Part shown: one piece after another, positions 38,544-48,776 of the stretch
How the letters are laid out: each line of letters opens with the position of its first letter
Numbering within the stretch: position 1 is the stretch's first letter
Assembly (NCBI GenBank): GCA_041484665.1
Contig: JBGPIA010000001.1
Span: 64,001 to 128,000, forward strand
DNA length: 64,000 nt
DNA from: Candidatus Krumholzibacteriia bacterium
Lineage (GTDB): Bacteria; Krumholzibacteriota; Krumholzibacteriia; JAJRXK01
Direction of reading: 5' to 3'
Notes under the pieces: generated by a model
Seen by the model: only the letters and a program-made list of their open reading frames with translations
Told to the model about the DNA's origin: nothing
Database searches by the model: none
Program-made: the position numbers and the translations under genes

Positions 38544-41500
38544 TCACGAGCGCGCACGTGCTGGAACGGAACCTGGGGCGTGGCGCGAACCTGCGTCCCG
38601 GGAGATCGCCAGGCCGGCGAGCAGCCACAGCAAGGCCGCGGCCAAGAGCGGCGTACCGCGTGTCGGGTCACGGCTCGCCAGAGAGCCCTCCGCAGGCTGC
38701 GCGGCTCCTGCGTGCCCCCAACCGGCCGCCGAGAGAGCCGCCAGCCGCACGGCATCCACGCCGCGCGCGCGCAACTCTGCGGCCGGATCGTCGGCGAACG
38801 CCACGTCCAGCCCTGTGGCGCCCGTGCTGTCGATGACGCGCACGGGGTCCGCCAGCGACGGGCCCACTGGACGTAACACGCCGGGCACGACGGCCTCCAG
38901 CGCGACGGTGTCGCCCAGTGCGTCCACCAGCGCCAGTCCGCTCGCATGTCCATCCGCGAGCCCTCCCGCCGTCGTCAGGCCTGGCTCGTTCGCCGGGACG
39001 AGCGACCAGGGTGGTGTCGACGACTCTACGCGCAATCGGGGAGCGCTCCCTCCCTCCCAGCGCACGCGCGGTTGCTCCTGTCGCGTGAGCCACGCCAAGA
39101 GCTGCGCCACCGCCGCGGGCCAGCGCGCGTCCTCTGGATTCCACGGCGGGCCCGCTGTGCTGGCCAGCACGGCCATACGGCCGGGGCCAAACGAACCCAG
39201 CGCCAGCAGCGGGTCGCGCTGCAACCCCGCGCTCCAGGCCACCTGCGCCAGTTGCGGCGTCAGAGCCACATAGCGTACTGCCCCCGCCGGCAGCAGCGCG
39301 CTCCACGCCGCCAGCTCCGCGCGCGCGGGCTGCGGCGCGGCGACGAATCGATCGCGTGGTGCCGAGTCCACCGTGCGCGCCAGTACCTCACCGAGCTCCT
39401 GGAAGCGGCGCAGCACCAGATGGCGCCCGCCGGTGCGCGCGGCCAGCTCGCGCAACGCCGGCGTGCCCCGCGTTCCGACCTCGATCGCCGTCACCGGCAG
39501 GTCGCCGACGGCGTCGAGCCAGGACTGCAGCGACTCGTCGCCGGTCACACCATCGCTGAGGACGACGATGCGCCGCGCGCGCGGGGGCTTTGCCGCGACG
39601 CCGGCGCTCCCATCGCCAGCAGCGGCGGCCTGCAGGAGACCGGCGGCTTCCTGCAGCGCCGGGCGCAGCACCGTGCCGCCCGAGGCGTGCACGCCCCGCA
39701 GTGCCTCCTGCACCTGGGTCAGCGTGCGCCGCGGCTGCGGCGGGAGCGTGCGCAGCACCCGGTCGGCGAAGGCGACCAGCCCGACGCGCTCGCTGGCCTC
39801 GGCGGCGCGCAGCGCGCCGGAGAGGGCGAGCAGAGCGCGGTCGAGCTGCGAGACGCCGTCCTCCAGCGTCGCCATGCTGCCGGAGACGTCCAACAGGAAG
39901 ACCCAGTCCCCACGCGAGGGATCGCGCTCCTCGCGCACCTGCAGGCGGACGGGAAGCCGTTCCTCCAGCGCCAGACGGCCGCTCTCACCCCGCTGCAGCC
40001 AGTCGCCCGGGCCCGCGAGCAGCAGGAGCCCCGTGCCCAGGTCCATGGCGCGCAAGACCTGGACCTGCAGCGCTGCCACCAGCGATTCCGGACACGCGTC
40101 GAGCACCCAGACGTCGGGACGGCCGCCGGCGGGCGGCTGTGGCAAGGAGGTCGTGCGCTCGCCCGAGGCGGCGGTCCAGCGAACCGTCGGCAGTGGCCCC
40201 GTGCTCCAGCCGTAGGCGAGGATGTCGTCCTGCGGCCAGACGTCGCGAGGCCCCGCAGCCTCCGGCTGCAGCTCGGCGGTGATGGTGTGGGCGCCCGTGG
40301 CCAGCGGTGGCAGCGGCAAGGCCAGCCGCACGAGCGCTCCGTTCGCTTGCGGGTCGCGCTGCGCCACGCCGTCGCGCACCAGCGCGGCGAGATCGCGGTC
40401 CAGCAGGACGCGCCCGTCGAGCGTCACGGCGAGCCGGCGCTCGGCGTCGCCCGGATCGAGCGCCAGCGTCAGCGTGCGACCCGCCCCGGCGGCCTGCTGC
40501 TCGACGCGCAGCTGCGTGACGGACGCGTCGCCGCTGCGCCCCGCCGGCGCTGCTGCGATGGAGCATTCACCGACGGGCAGTGACGCAGCAAGCGCTTGGG
40601 GCGTGTCCTCGAAGCGGCCGTCGCTGACGAGCAGCACCCGCGGCGCACGCAGGCGCGTGGCGCCCATCAGCCGGCGCAACGGCGCCGCCAAGCGCGTGTG
40701 CGGTGGCGTGGGGAGATCCCGCAGGCCCGCCTGCAGCCAGCGTTCGAGCTCCACGGGAGTGAACGGCCAGGCCCGGCGAGGGGTGGGTGGGAGCAGCCAC
40801 CGACCGTCCTCCCCGTCGAGCGCCGCCACGGCCAGCCGCTGCCCGGGCCCGGCCGCGCCCAGGAACTCCCGCAGCGCCGCAGCGGCGGCCGCAGGGGCCA
40901 GCGCGCGGCAGCTGGGAGATGCGTCGACGATGAGCACGCAGTCCCCGGCCGACGGCCGCAGCGCCAGGGCCAGCAGGGCCAGCAGCGCGATGCCCAGGCC
41001 CGCGCGGCGACGGCGCGGCCACCTGGCCAGCGCCAGCGCCGCGGCCGAGACCAACCAGGCGGCCGCAGCGAGCCAGGGCGAGAGGGCAAGGTCCGTCCCC
41101 GCTCCGCCGGTGCGGCCTCCTGTGGCGGCGGCCGCCAGCGCGCCCGGCGACACAGGCTCGCTGCCGGCGGCCGGCAGTTCGCCGGGACGCGTCAGAGCCG
41201 CGGGCCAGTTGAACCGCGGGGAGGAGAGGCCAGGCCCCGCGCACACGTCCTGGGCGGGCAGCAGCGCCCGCGCCACGCGCAGGGCCGCCAGGGCCGGGCC
41301 GAGCGATCCATCGGGGGCTGCGGGGTCGGGCAGGTTCACGACCGCGGCACGGGACTCCCAGAGCAGGATCCTGCCCCCGGCCATCGCGGCCCACTGCACA
41401 CCCAAGTCGAGTACGCCGCAGGCGCGGGACACGCCCGCAAGGTCTAGCCCCGCCGCCGGCCCCGCGAACTCCAGCGCGCCCGACCCGTCGTCCAGCTGGG

Positions 41501-42728
41501 GGCCCGTACGGCTGGAACGGAGCTCCTCCAGCCGGAGGCCGGGAGCTGCGCCGGCCCGCGGCGCGATCCACTCCCAGCACAGGCTATCTGGGAAGGCCGG
41601 TGGCGCGTCGCCGACCACCACCAGGAGCTCGTGCTGGGCGCTGCCGGTCCGCCCGCGTTGGGCGCGCCACCGCGCCCACTCCGCCGCGTCGGGCCGCGGG
41701 GGCAGGCGCGCGCGGTCGACCCTGCGCAGGTCGATGGCCGGCCAGGCCTCCACGGCCGTTGCCCAGGGGGAGCCGGCTGCGGACACGAGCCAGACCAGAG
41801 GCGGCGCAGGCAACTCCAGCACCTGACGCTCGGCAGACGATTGCGTGAGCGGCGCAGCTCCCGGCAGAACGTGCGGTAGCGGGCCGTGCCGCGTGGCGCG
41901 GGACTCGAGCTCGACGGTGATCCGTCGTCGCGCACGGCGCCCGGGGTCCGCACCCGGCTCCGGCGGGCTGGGCGGCGTCGGCACGAGCGCCGGATCGATC
42001 TCGACTGCGCCGCGCCCCTGCGCATCGAGCGGGATCTCCTGCGAGGCACCGGCGGTCTCGGCCACGACGCTCGTGGTGGGGCCGGCACCCTCGACCGCCA
42101 CGCAGAGTCGACCGGCCAGGTCGAGATGCGCGAGCGACAATCGCGGGCCGGCCTCGCCGCCGGGCGCAGCGAGCCGGTGCGCTCGCCAGCGGCCCCGCGT
42201 TGCAGGCGGCTCTCGCCAGCAGAACACCTCCACTGCGCGCAGGGGATCGGGGGCGAGCGCGCACAGGAGCTCGCCCAGCGTCGGCCCGGCGGGGTCCACG
42301 GAGCTCTCCCGCGCCGAGGCCAGGTCCGGGAACGGACCGGTGGGCGACCGGCCCGCGCAGTAGATCTCCACCCCCGCCGCAGCGGCCGCCAACGCGGCGA
42401 TGGTCTCCTCCACGGGGCGGCGCGTCGCGTCAGGGGCCTCCAGCGTACCGGCGTCCAACAGCACCACCGCGCGCGACGGCAAGGCGGGCGAAGGGCGCAG
42501 CGGCGCCGCGAGCGCGCCGATCCAAAGCACCCCTGCTACCAGCGTCAGCCACGCCCGCGGATCGCGCCAATGGATGCGGCGGCGCGCCGGTGCGCGCCCG
42601 GGCTCGTCGGCGAACAGCCAGACGGGAGCGAATCGCTGCCGCAGCGCGCCGCCCCGTCGCAGCAGCAAGGCCACGACCAAGAGGAGTGGCACGAGCAACA
42701 ACAAGGAGACTGGACGCAACAAGCTCAT
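38544..42728 (-). CDS. Membrane-anchored VWA-domain protein (BatA-like N-terminus)
   Basis: N-terminal TMs; MIDAS-like DASPS...VSDG and DVSGSM...GGT...LSDG; C-terminal TM; next to DUF58/MoxR. Confidence 0.72.
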   Translation of the reverse strand: MSLLRPVSLLLLVPLLLVVALLLRRGGALRQRFAPVWLFADEPGRAPARRRIHWRDPRAWLTLVAGVLWIGALAAPLRPSPALPSRAVVLLDAGTLEAPDATRRPVEETIAALAAAAAGVEIYCAGRSPTGPFPDLASARESSVDPAGPTLGELLCALAPDPLRAVEVFCWREPPATRGRWRAHRLAAPGGEAGPRLSLAHLDLAGRLCVAVEGAGPTTSVVAETAGASQEIPLDAQGRGAVEIDPALVPTPPSPPEPGADPGRRARRRITVELESRATRHGPLPHVLPGAAPLTQSSAERQVLELPAPPLVWLVSAAGSPWATAVEAWPAIDLRRVDRARLPPRPDAAEWARWRAQRGRTGSAQHELLVVVGDAPPAFPDSLCWEWIAPRAGAAPGLRLEELRSSRTGPQLDDGSGALEFAGPAAGLDLAGVSRACGVLDLGVQWAAMAGGRILLWESRAAVVNLPDPAAPDGSLGPALAALRVARALLPAQDVCAGPGLSSPRFNWPAALTRPGELPAAGSEPVSPGALAAAATGGRTGGAGTDLALSPWLAAAAWLVSAAALALARWPRRRRAGLGIALLALLALALRPSAGDCVLIVDASPSCRALAPAAAAAALREFLGAAGPGQRLAVAALDGEDGRWLLPPTPRRAWPFTPVELERWLQAGLRDLPTPPHTRLAAPLRRLMGATRLRAPRVLLVSDGRFEDTPQALAASLPVGECSIAAAPAGRSGDASVTQLRVEQQAAGAGRTLTLALDPGDAERRLAVTLDGRVLLDRDLAALVRDGVAQRDPQANGALVRLALPLPPLATGAHTITAELQPEAAGPRDVWPQDDILAYGWSTGPLPTVRWTAASGERTTSLPQPPAGGRPDVWVLDACPESLVAALQVQVLRAMDLGTGLLLLAGPGDWLQRGESGRLALEERLPVRLQVREERDPSRGDWVFLLDVSGSMATLEDGVSQLDRALLALSGALRAAEASERVGLVAFADRVLRTLPPQPRRTLTQVQEALRGVHASGGTVLRPALQEAAGLLQAAAAGDGSAGVAAKPPRARRIVVLSDGVTGDESLQSWLDAVGDLPVTAIEVGTRGTPALRELAARTGGRHLVLRRFQELGEVLARTVDSAPRDRFVAAPQPARAELAAWSALLPAGAVRYVALTPQLAQVAWSAGLQRDPLLALGSFGPGRMAVLASTAGPPWNPEDARWPAAVAQLLAWLTRQEQPRVRWEGGSAPRLRVESSTPPWSLVPANEPGLTTAGGLADGHASGLALVDALGDTVALEAVVPGVLRPVGPSLADPVRVIDSTGATGLDVAFADDPAAELRARGVDAVRLAALSAAGWGHAGAAQPAEGSLASRDPTRGTPLLAAALLWLLAGLAISRDAGSRHAPGSVPARARS

Positions 42729-42765
42729 GGATCTCGCCGCAGGATCGTAGACGCGCACCGAGCGC

Positions 42766-43629
42766 TCAGGAGGTCACGACGAGGCCTGCGGCGCGCAGTG
42801 GGCCCATCAGCGCCGCCTCCCAGGATTGCGCGGCGTCCACGTCCACCACGCGCACGCCCGCCGCACGCAACGCCGCCGTACGCCGAGTCCGGTGGTGGAG
42901 CAAGCGCGCGCGTGCCGCGGCGACGGTCGGCGGGTCGAGGACCGTTTGCCGGCGCCCACGCCCCTCCGCGTCGAGCAACTCCACGGCCTCCCCCGTCGCC
43001 ACCAGCGGGTCGTCGGGATGGGTGAGCACGATCACCCAGCCCGGCGAGGGGCCCGCCAGCGCTGCGACCCAGCCCCCGGCGGGAGCGTCATCGAGGAAGT
43101 CGGTCAGCACGACACTCACCCCGCGTGGCGCGCCGCGCAGCAGCGACGCGAGCGCTGCGGCCGGTGCGCGACCGCCGCAGGCGAGCCCGCGCAGCCTTGC
43201 TGCAAGCATGGCGCTGCTGCTGCGGCCATGGGCCACCGTCACGAGCGTTCGAGGCGGGTCGGCCAGCGCCGAGAGGCGCACGTCCTCCAGCCCGGCCAGG
43301 CCGATCGCCGCGAGCGCGGTGGCGATCTCGCGCGCGCGGTCGTAGCGCTCTGGAAAGGCTGCGCCCATGGACCCGCTCGTATCCAGGATCAGGTGCAGGC
43401 GCTGCTCGCGATCGCGGCGGTAGGTGCGGACGACCGGGCGATCCAGTCGCGCCCACGCGCGGTGATCGATGCGCCTTGGATCGTCGCCGAGAGCGTAAGG
43501 GCGGTGCCCGGCCAGCGTCTGCCCCTGGCCGGTGAGCGCCGTCGAGACGCTGCCGGGACGTTCGCCGAGGGCGAGCTTCTCGGAGGCCAGCGCCAGCCGG
43601 TCGAGCAGCGGCCCTCCCACCTCACGCAT
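42766..43629 (-). CDS. DUF58 domain protein
   Basis: HRPYALGDDPRRIDHRAWAR, LILDTSGSM, VVLTDFL. Confidence 0.88.
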   Translation of the reverse strand: MREVGGPLLDRLALASEKLALGERPGSVSTALTGQGQTLAGHRPYALGDDPRRIDHRAWARLDRPVVRTYRRDREQRLHLILDTSGSMGAAFPERYDRAREIATALAAIGLAGLEDVRLSALADPPRTLVTVAHGRSSSAMLAARLRGLACGGRAPAAALASLLRGAPRGVSVVLTDFLDDAPAGGWVAALAGPSPGWVIVLTHPDDPLVATGEAVELLDAEGRGRRQTVLDPPTVAAARARLLHHRTRRTAALRAAGVRVVDVDAAQSWEAALMGPLRAAGLVVTS

Positions 43630-44644
43630 CGGCTTGGACCTCGGACAACAGCCGCACGATCGCCTGCTCGATGGTGTCGCCCTCGGCCTCGCGCTCGTAG
43701 CGCAGCCGCAGCCTGTGTCGCAGCGCCGCAGGCGCGGCGGCCCGCACGTCCTCGAAGGCGATGTGCTCGCGGCCCGCGGCGAGCGCACGCACGCGCCCGC
43801 AGCGCAGCAGCGCCAGCATCGCGCGCGGCCCGGCGCCCTGGCGCAGCCCCCCGGCCACGCCGCGCGCTGCGCTCTGCGGGTGAGTGGCAAGCACCAGCCG
43901 CGCCGCGTAGCGCGCGACCGCGTCGGCGACGGGAACCTGCGCGGCCGCGGCAATCGCCTGCACCGTGCCCGCGGGCTCGAGCACGGCGCTCGGCAGCGCT
44001 GCTGTGCCCGCACCGTGCCGGCGGAAGATGTCCACCAGCGCGGCCTCGCCCGGGGACTCGATGCGCGCCTGTAACAGGAAGCGGTCCAGCTGCGCCTCGG
44101 GCAGCGGGTAGGTGCCTTCCAGGTCGAGGGGATTCTGCGTGGCCACGACGAAGAAGGGGCGCGGCAGCGCGAAGGTCGCGCGGCCGATGGTAACCGTCCC
44201 CTCCTCCATGGCCTCCAGCAGCCCCGCTTGCGTGCGCGGGGTGGCGCGATTGATCTCATCGGCCAGGATCACGTTGGCAAAGACGGGCCCTTGGTGGACG
44301 TCGAAGCGCACGCTCCCGTCGGCGCCGCGCGCGAGCACCTCGCTTCCGGTGATGTCGGTGGGCATCAGATCCGGCGTGAACTGCACGCGCGAGAATCGGC
44401 CGCCCAACAACGATCCGAGCGTACGCACCAACAGCGTCTTGCCCAGACCGGGCACGCCCTCGATCAGGATGTGCCCGCCGCCGAGCAAAGCCCACAGCAC
44501 CTCGTCGATGAGCGGCTCCTGCGAGACGATGATCTGCGCGAGCCCGCTGCGCAGCGCCGCGTGGGCCCGGGCGAACGTGTCGAGGGCCGCGTCGGACGCC
44601 GCCTTGGAGCGTAGGTTGCTGGTAGGCCCGCTGGATTGGGTCAT
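43622..44644 (-). CDS. moxR: MoxR family AAA+ ATPase
   Basis: GVPGLGKT, RVQFTPDLMPTD, DEINRA, ATQNP.EGTYPLPEAQLDRF. Confidence 0.95.
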   Translation of the reverse strand: MTQSSGPTSNLRSKAASDAALDTFARAHAALRSGLAQIIVSQEPLIDEVLWALLGGGHILIEGVPGLGKTLLVRTLGSLLGGRFSRVQFTPDLMPTDITGSEVLARGADGSVRFDVHQGPVFANVILADEINRATPRTQAGLLEAMEEGTVTIGRATFALPRPFFVVATQNPLDLEGTYPLPEAQLDRFLLQARIESPGEAALVDIFRRHGAGTAALPSAVLEPAGTVQAIAAAAQVPVADAVARYAARLVLATHPQSAARGVAGGLRQGAGPRAMLALLRCGRVRALAAGREHIAFEDVRAAAPAALRHRLRLRYEREAEGDTIEQAIVRLLSEVQADA

Positions 44645-45963
44645 GGCTTGCCTCCAGGCGAGGTGGTGTCGGCTTGCGCTTGAGAGTTCCGCGGCTGTGG
44701 ACTGTCGGGCGCGCCCCGCGCGGCGCGCAGCGCGCGCAACGCGTGCTCCGCGCGGAGCAGGTAGTCGCGCTCCAGGCGCGAGAACGCGCGCCCCTGGCCG
44801 TCCCTCAGGAGGAGCGTGCGGTCCGCGCGCGCAGCGTCACCGGAGGGCGCGCCGGCCAAAGGCCCTGGCCGCGCGCGCGCGATCAGGTCAGGCGCCAAGG
44901 CGGGGGTGGAGCGCGAGCGGTCGCCGCCAGGCACGAGCGCCCGATCCAGAGTCGGCGCCTGCGGCAGCGTCAGCGCCCGTCCGTCCGGAGCCCGCGCTGG
45001 AGCGCGGCCCGTGCCTTCTCCCTGCGGCGAACCCTCGGGCGCCTGCGCACCGGCCGGCGTTCGTGTCCGCACGGTCATGCCCAAGGCCTCCGCGCGTTGC
45101 GCGCCGTCGCGCAGCAGCGCAGAGGCGTCGACGGCGAGCGTCTCGCCGGGCGCGTGACCACTGCGCTGCGACGCGCCGGCGCGCTGGGCGGACGGCAGCT
45201 GCGCACCCGGCGGCGCGGGCAGGATCTGCGGCACGGTCAGGGTCGCTTTGGGCGGTGACGCGGGCGCTGGTTGCGGGCGCTGCGCCGTGTGGCTGGATCC
45301 CGCCGCGCGCGTCAGCTGCGCCGCGGAGGTGTCGACCGCAGCGGGGGCCACACGCCACCCGGCCGCGGACTGGGCGCGGGAGCCAGCGCGCGGCGCCGGG
45401 ACCATCGCAAGACCTACCGCGCCGGCCAGCACGAGCGCGCAGGCAGGATGCAGTCGCGCTGGTAGCGGCCCAGGGACCGCAGCGCCGGTGCGGCGCGCCA
45501 GCCGCGTCCGGAACGGCTCCTGCGGCGCCCGCAGGAAGCTGCGCCAGATCAGATCGGCACCGTCGAGCCCGGCACCAGCGGAAGCAGGCGCTGCGAAGGA
45601 CCGCCGCGCGTCGCGGGCGCCGGTGTGGCGGTCGAGCCATCGCGCCGCGGACTCCAGCCGAGGTCCCGGTCCGCTGGCCAGCCCCGCCAGCGCGCACGCG
45701 CCAAGCGCGCCCTGGAGCAGACAGGCGCCGATCGTGACGCCCCAGCGCCACGCGACGACCCCCAGCAGCGCTCCGGCCGCTATCAGCGCCACAGAGTGGG
45801 CGCGGCGGCGCTGTCGGAGTCGCCCGAGCACCTCGGCGAGCCGCTGCCGAGCGACCGCCAGCTCTGCGGACTCCGCGGCCGACCCCGCAGTCGAATCCGC
45901 GGCCGACCGCTGCGCCGGCGCTGCACGGGCGGGTCCGCGCTGCGCGCCACGGTCAGAACCCAC
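44641..45963 (-). CDS. Hypothetical membrane protein with low-complexity C-terminus
   Basis: TM pair then AARWLD motif; stop overlaps moxR start; start inferred from overlap with upstream gene. Confidence 0.55.
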   Translation of the reverse strand: MGSDRGAQRGPARAAPAQRSAADSTAGSAAESAELAVARQRLAEVLGRLRQRRRAHSVALIAAGALLGVVAWRWGVTIGACLLQGALGACALAGLASGPGPRLESAARWLDRHTGARDARRSFAAPASAGAGLDGADLIWRSFLRAPQEPFRTRLARRTGAAVPGPLPARLHPACALVLAGAVGLAMVPAPRAGSRAQSAAGWRVAPAAVDTSAAQLTRAAGSSHTAQRPQPAPASPPKATLTVPQILPAPPGAQLPSAQRAGASQRSGHAPGETLAVDASALLRDGAQRAEALGMTVRTRTPAGAQAPEGSPQGEGTGRAPARAPDGRALTLPQAPTLDRALVPGGDRSRSTPALAPDLIARARPGPLAGAPSGDAARADRTLLLRDGQGRAFSRLERDYLLRAEHALRALRAARGAPDSPQPRNSQAQADTTSPGGKP

Positions 45964-46813
45964 GATCGACCTCCACCAGCCAGCGCGAGCGCGCGGCGGC
46001 ACCCGTCGCGCCCGCGAGCGCCACGCCCCACAGCGCGACGGCGATGAGGGCCCAGGCCGTGACAGCTGCGAGCGCGACGGGCGGGACGAGCGCCCTCGGC
46101 GCCGAGGGGCCCTCGGCCCACGCCGGGCGTAGCGCGCCCAGCGGTGTGGCGCGTGCCAGCGCGCGGCACAGCCAGCTCGCGAGGTCGGTGGGCCACACCA
46201 GTTGGGTGCCACGCACCGCGAGCAGGGCGCACGGTAACGTGAGCAGCGCCACCATCAAGATCCCCATCGCAGGACGCTCGCGGCCGGGGCCCTCGGTCCA
46301 CGCGCCGAGCACCCCGCAGGCTACGGCCGCGGCGCCGTACAGCACCCCCATCACCACCAGCGCCCCCGATTCGGCGGGCACCCACCCCCCCAACCCGATC
46401 AGCAGGAAGGGGAGGAGCCACCATGACGCGGTGAGCTCCCCGAGCTGCGCCCCGGCACGCCGCCCCACCAACAGCACCACGTGCCGGCGCCCGGCTCCGC
46501 GCAGCAGGGCCTCCTGCACGAGACCCGACGCCGCCAGCGCGCGCCAACTTCCGCGCCCCATCACGGGGCCGAGCAGCCCAAGTGCGAGCAGCCAGAGCCC
46601 CGCGGCCACGGCCCCGGCGTGGCGTGCCTCCAGCAGCTCACCGCGCCCCGACGCCTCAATGACCCCCGCGAGGGCGACCAGCGGCACGATGGCGAGCCCC
46701 GTGTGGGTCAGGAGCGCCCCGGCGGCAGCAGCGCGGCTCCTTCCCCGCCCGTGCACGACGCGAACCGCCTGACCGCCGGCGTCTGCACCCATCCTTTCCA
46801 CTGCACGACTCAC
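45953..46813 (-). CDS. Hypothetical multi-pass membrane protein (ABC permease-like)
   Basis: About 6 hydrophobic segments; GTGA overlap with upstream ATPase-like gene. Confidence 0.55.
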   Translation of the reverse strand: MSRAVERMGADAGGQAVRVVHGRGRSRAAAAGALLTHTGLAIVPLVALAGVIEASGRGELLEARHAGAVAAGLWLLALGLLGPVMGRGSWRALAASGLVQEALLRGAGRRHVVLLVGRRAGAQLGELTASWWLLPFLLIGLGGWVPAESGALVVMGVLYGAAAVACGVLGAWTEGPGRERPAMGILMVALLTLPCALLAVRGTQLVWPTDLASWLCRALARATPLGALRPAWAEGPSAPRALVPPVALAAVTAWALIAVALWGVALAGATGAAARSRWLVEVDRGF

Positions 46814-47679
46814 AGTGTCTCTTCTCCGTCCTGCAGCCAGACGCTCGCCGGGGGCGGCGTGCTCGCCAGCAGCCAGCGTGCGGCCTCGCGTGCCTGCTCG
46901 GCTGACGAGAATGGGCCCAGCCGGCAGGCACCGCCGCGCAGGCCGACCCGCCAGCGTCCGGCCAGTCCGCGCGCGGATGCTTCGCGCTGCAACGTGGCCA
47001 CCGACCCGCAGAAGCGCGCCCAGACCCACGGGCTGCGTCCGTTGGCAGGCGGGACACAACGATCGGCCAGCATGGCGGCCTCGGCGCTGCCATCGCAGAG
47101 CACGATCGCCACGCCGTCGGCGGCGGCCTGCGCCAGGGCCGCTGCCAAGATCGTGCGATCGTCGGCCTCCAGCCCATCCAGCGGGTGAGCGGCCAAGAGC
47201 ACCGCGGGGCGGTGCAACAGGGCGACGGCCAGACGTACGCCGTGCCGCATCCGCGCCGGCAGAGCGCCCATCGGCGTGCGCGGCCAGGGCTCTGGCAGCC
47301 AGAGCTCGAAGCGGCTGCGGGCTTGCGCCAGGGCGTCGGGCGGCGTCCGTCGCCAGCGCGCGACGCGCCGCAGGATCTGCTCGGGCGTCTCCTCCCGCTC
47401 GTAGCCGCCCTCCTGCGGTAGGAATGCCAGCGCGCGGCGCGCCGCGTCCAGGGCGGTGGCAGTGTCGTGTCCTGCGACCATCAGGCGGCCCGCCAGCGGC
47501 GCGTCCAGGGTGCAAAGCACGTGGAGCAGCGCACTCGGGAACTCTGCGCCCGGCATGCGCAGGCAGACGATCTCGCCGGCAGCCACGGCCAGGTCCACCG
47601 GCCCGCGTTCGCCTGCGGGGGTCCGGTAGCGCACACCGGCCGCCGCAAGCTGCGCCTCGCCCATCGGCCTCTCCGGCAT
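46810..47679 (-). CDS. Degenerate ABC ATPase-like protein
   Basis: VDLAVAAGEIV, LAFLPQE, LAVALLHRPAVLL..HPLDGLE follow the ABC fold, but Walker A, signature and Walker B are altered. Confidence 0.65.
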   Translation of the reverse strand: MPERPMGEAQLAAAGVRYRTPAGERGPVDLAVAAGEIVCLRMPGAEFPSALLHVLCTLDAPLAGRLMVAGHDTATALDAARRALAFLPQEGGYEREETPEQILRRVARWRRTPPDALAQARSRFELWLPEPWPRTPMGALPARMRHGVRLAVALLHRPAVLLAAHPLDGLEADDRTILAAALAQAAADGVAIVLCDGSAEAAMLADRCVPPANGRSPWVWARFCGSVATLQREASARGLAGRWRVGLRGGACRLGPFSSAEQAREAARWLLASTPPPASVWLQDGEETL

Positions 47680-47777
47680 TAGTTTAGCACCTCGTCGGGG
47701 CCGGCCGGTCCAGAGCGGCACGGGCATGGCGGCAGGCCGCAGGGGCCGGCTTGGAGCGGCAGCGAAAGGCGGACACG

Positions 47778-48641
47778 ATGATGCTCGGCTTCTGCAGCAA
47801 CGCGTATACGCGCCACAGCCTCGAGGAGGCGATCGACCGCGTCGCGCGCGCGGGCTACGCCGGGATCGAGCTGTTGTGCGATACGCCCCACTACTGGCCG
47901 CCCGATGAACCCCCCGACCGGGCGCGCCGTCTGGCCGAGCGGCTGCGCCACGCCGGCATCGCCGCCTCCAATATCAACGCGAATACAGCGATTGGCGCGT
48001 ACGGCGCCGCCATCCCCGAGAACGTGTTCGGCCCCTCGCTGGCCAGCCCCGACCCGCAGGTGCGCGCGTTCCGCCTGGACCATGTGCGAGCGGCGATCGA
48101 CCTGGCCGTCGCCGTCGGCGCCCCCTGCGTTTGCGTCAGCAGCGGCTGCACGGAGTCGGACCATCCACCCGAGGCCGCCCTCGACGTGTTGCGGCGGTCC
48201 CTGGAGGAGTTGCTCGCGTACGCGCAGCCTCGGGGCATCCGCATCGGCGTCGAGTCCGAGCCTGGCCTGCTGCTGGAGCGCAGCGACGAGGTGGCCGCGC
48301 TGATCGCGAAAGTGGGGCATCCGCTCCTCGGTTTCAATCTCGATGTCGGACACGCGGTCGTGATGGAGGAGGACCCAGCGGCAGTGATCGCCGACCACGG
48401 CGCGCGCATCTGGCACCTCCATCTGGAGGACATCGCAGGTGGCAAACACTACCACCGGACCCCCGGTGAGGGGGATGTGGACTTTGCTGCGATCGCGCGC
48501 GCGCTGCGCGCGGCGCGCTTTGGCGGGTACGCATCCGTAGAGCTCTACGCCCACAAGGCCGATCCTGACGCGGCGGCGCGCGGGGCGCTGGCCCACCTCG
48601 CACCATTGTTCGCGCCGCCCGCGCCCGATCGGGCGCGTTGA
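47778..48641 (+). CDS. Sugar phosphate isomerase/epimerase (xylose isomerase-like TIM barrel)
   Basis: GYAGIEL, VESEPG, NLDVGH, HLHLED, H..PGEGDVDF, SVELY. Confidence 0.88.
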   Translation: MMLGFCSNAYTRHSLEEAIDRVARAGYAGIELLCDTPHYWPPDEPPDRARRLAERLRHAGIAASNINANTAIGAYGAAIPENVFGPSLASPDPQVRAFRLDHVRAAIDLAVAVGAPCVCVSSGCTESDHPPEAALDVLRRSLEELLAYAQPRGIRIGVESEPGLLLERSDEVAALIAKVGHPLLGFNLDVGHAVVMEEDPAAVIADHGARIWHLHLEDIAGGKHYHRTPGEGDVDFAAIARALRAARFGGYASVELYAHKADPDAAARGALAHLAPLFAPPAPDRAR

Positions 48642-48666
48642 CCGCAGCTCGGGCGGCCCCTATCCT
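48638..48666 (+). promoter_or_regulatory. Putative sigma70 promoter of the nucleotide-sugar operon
   Basis: TTGACC-17 nt-TATCCT. Confidence 0.45.
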
Positions 48667-48776
48667 GGCAGTTCAGCGCAGGCGCGCCGCCGGGCTGCGC
48701 CACGCGCGGCGTCACGGTCGCGCAGCAGCGCGCACCCCCGCCGCGCTCGAGTGTGCCCCCAGCAGAGGGAGCGAGC

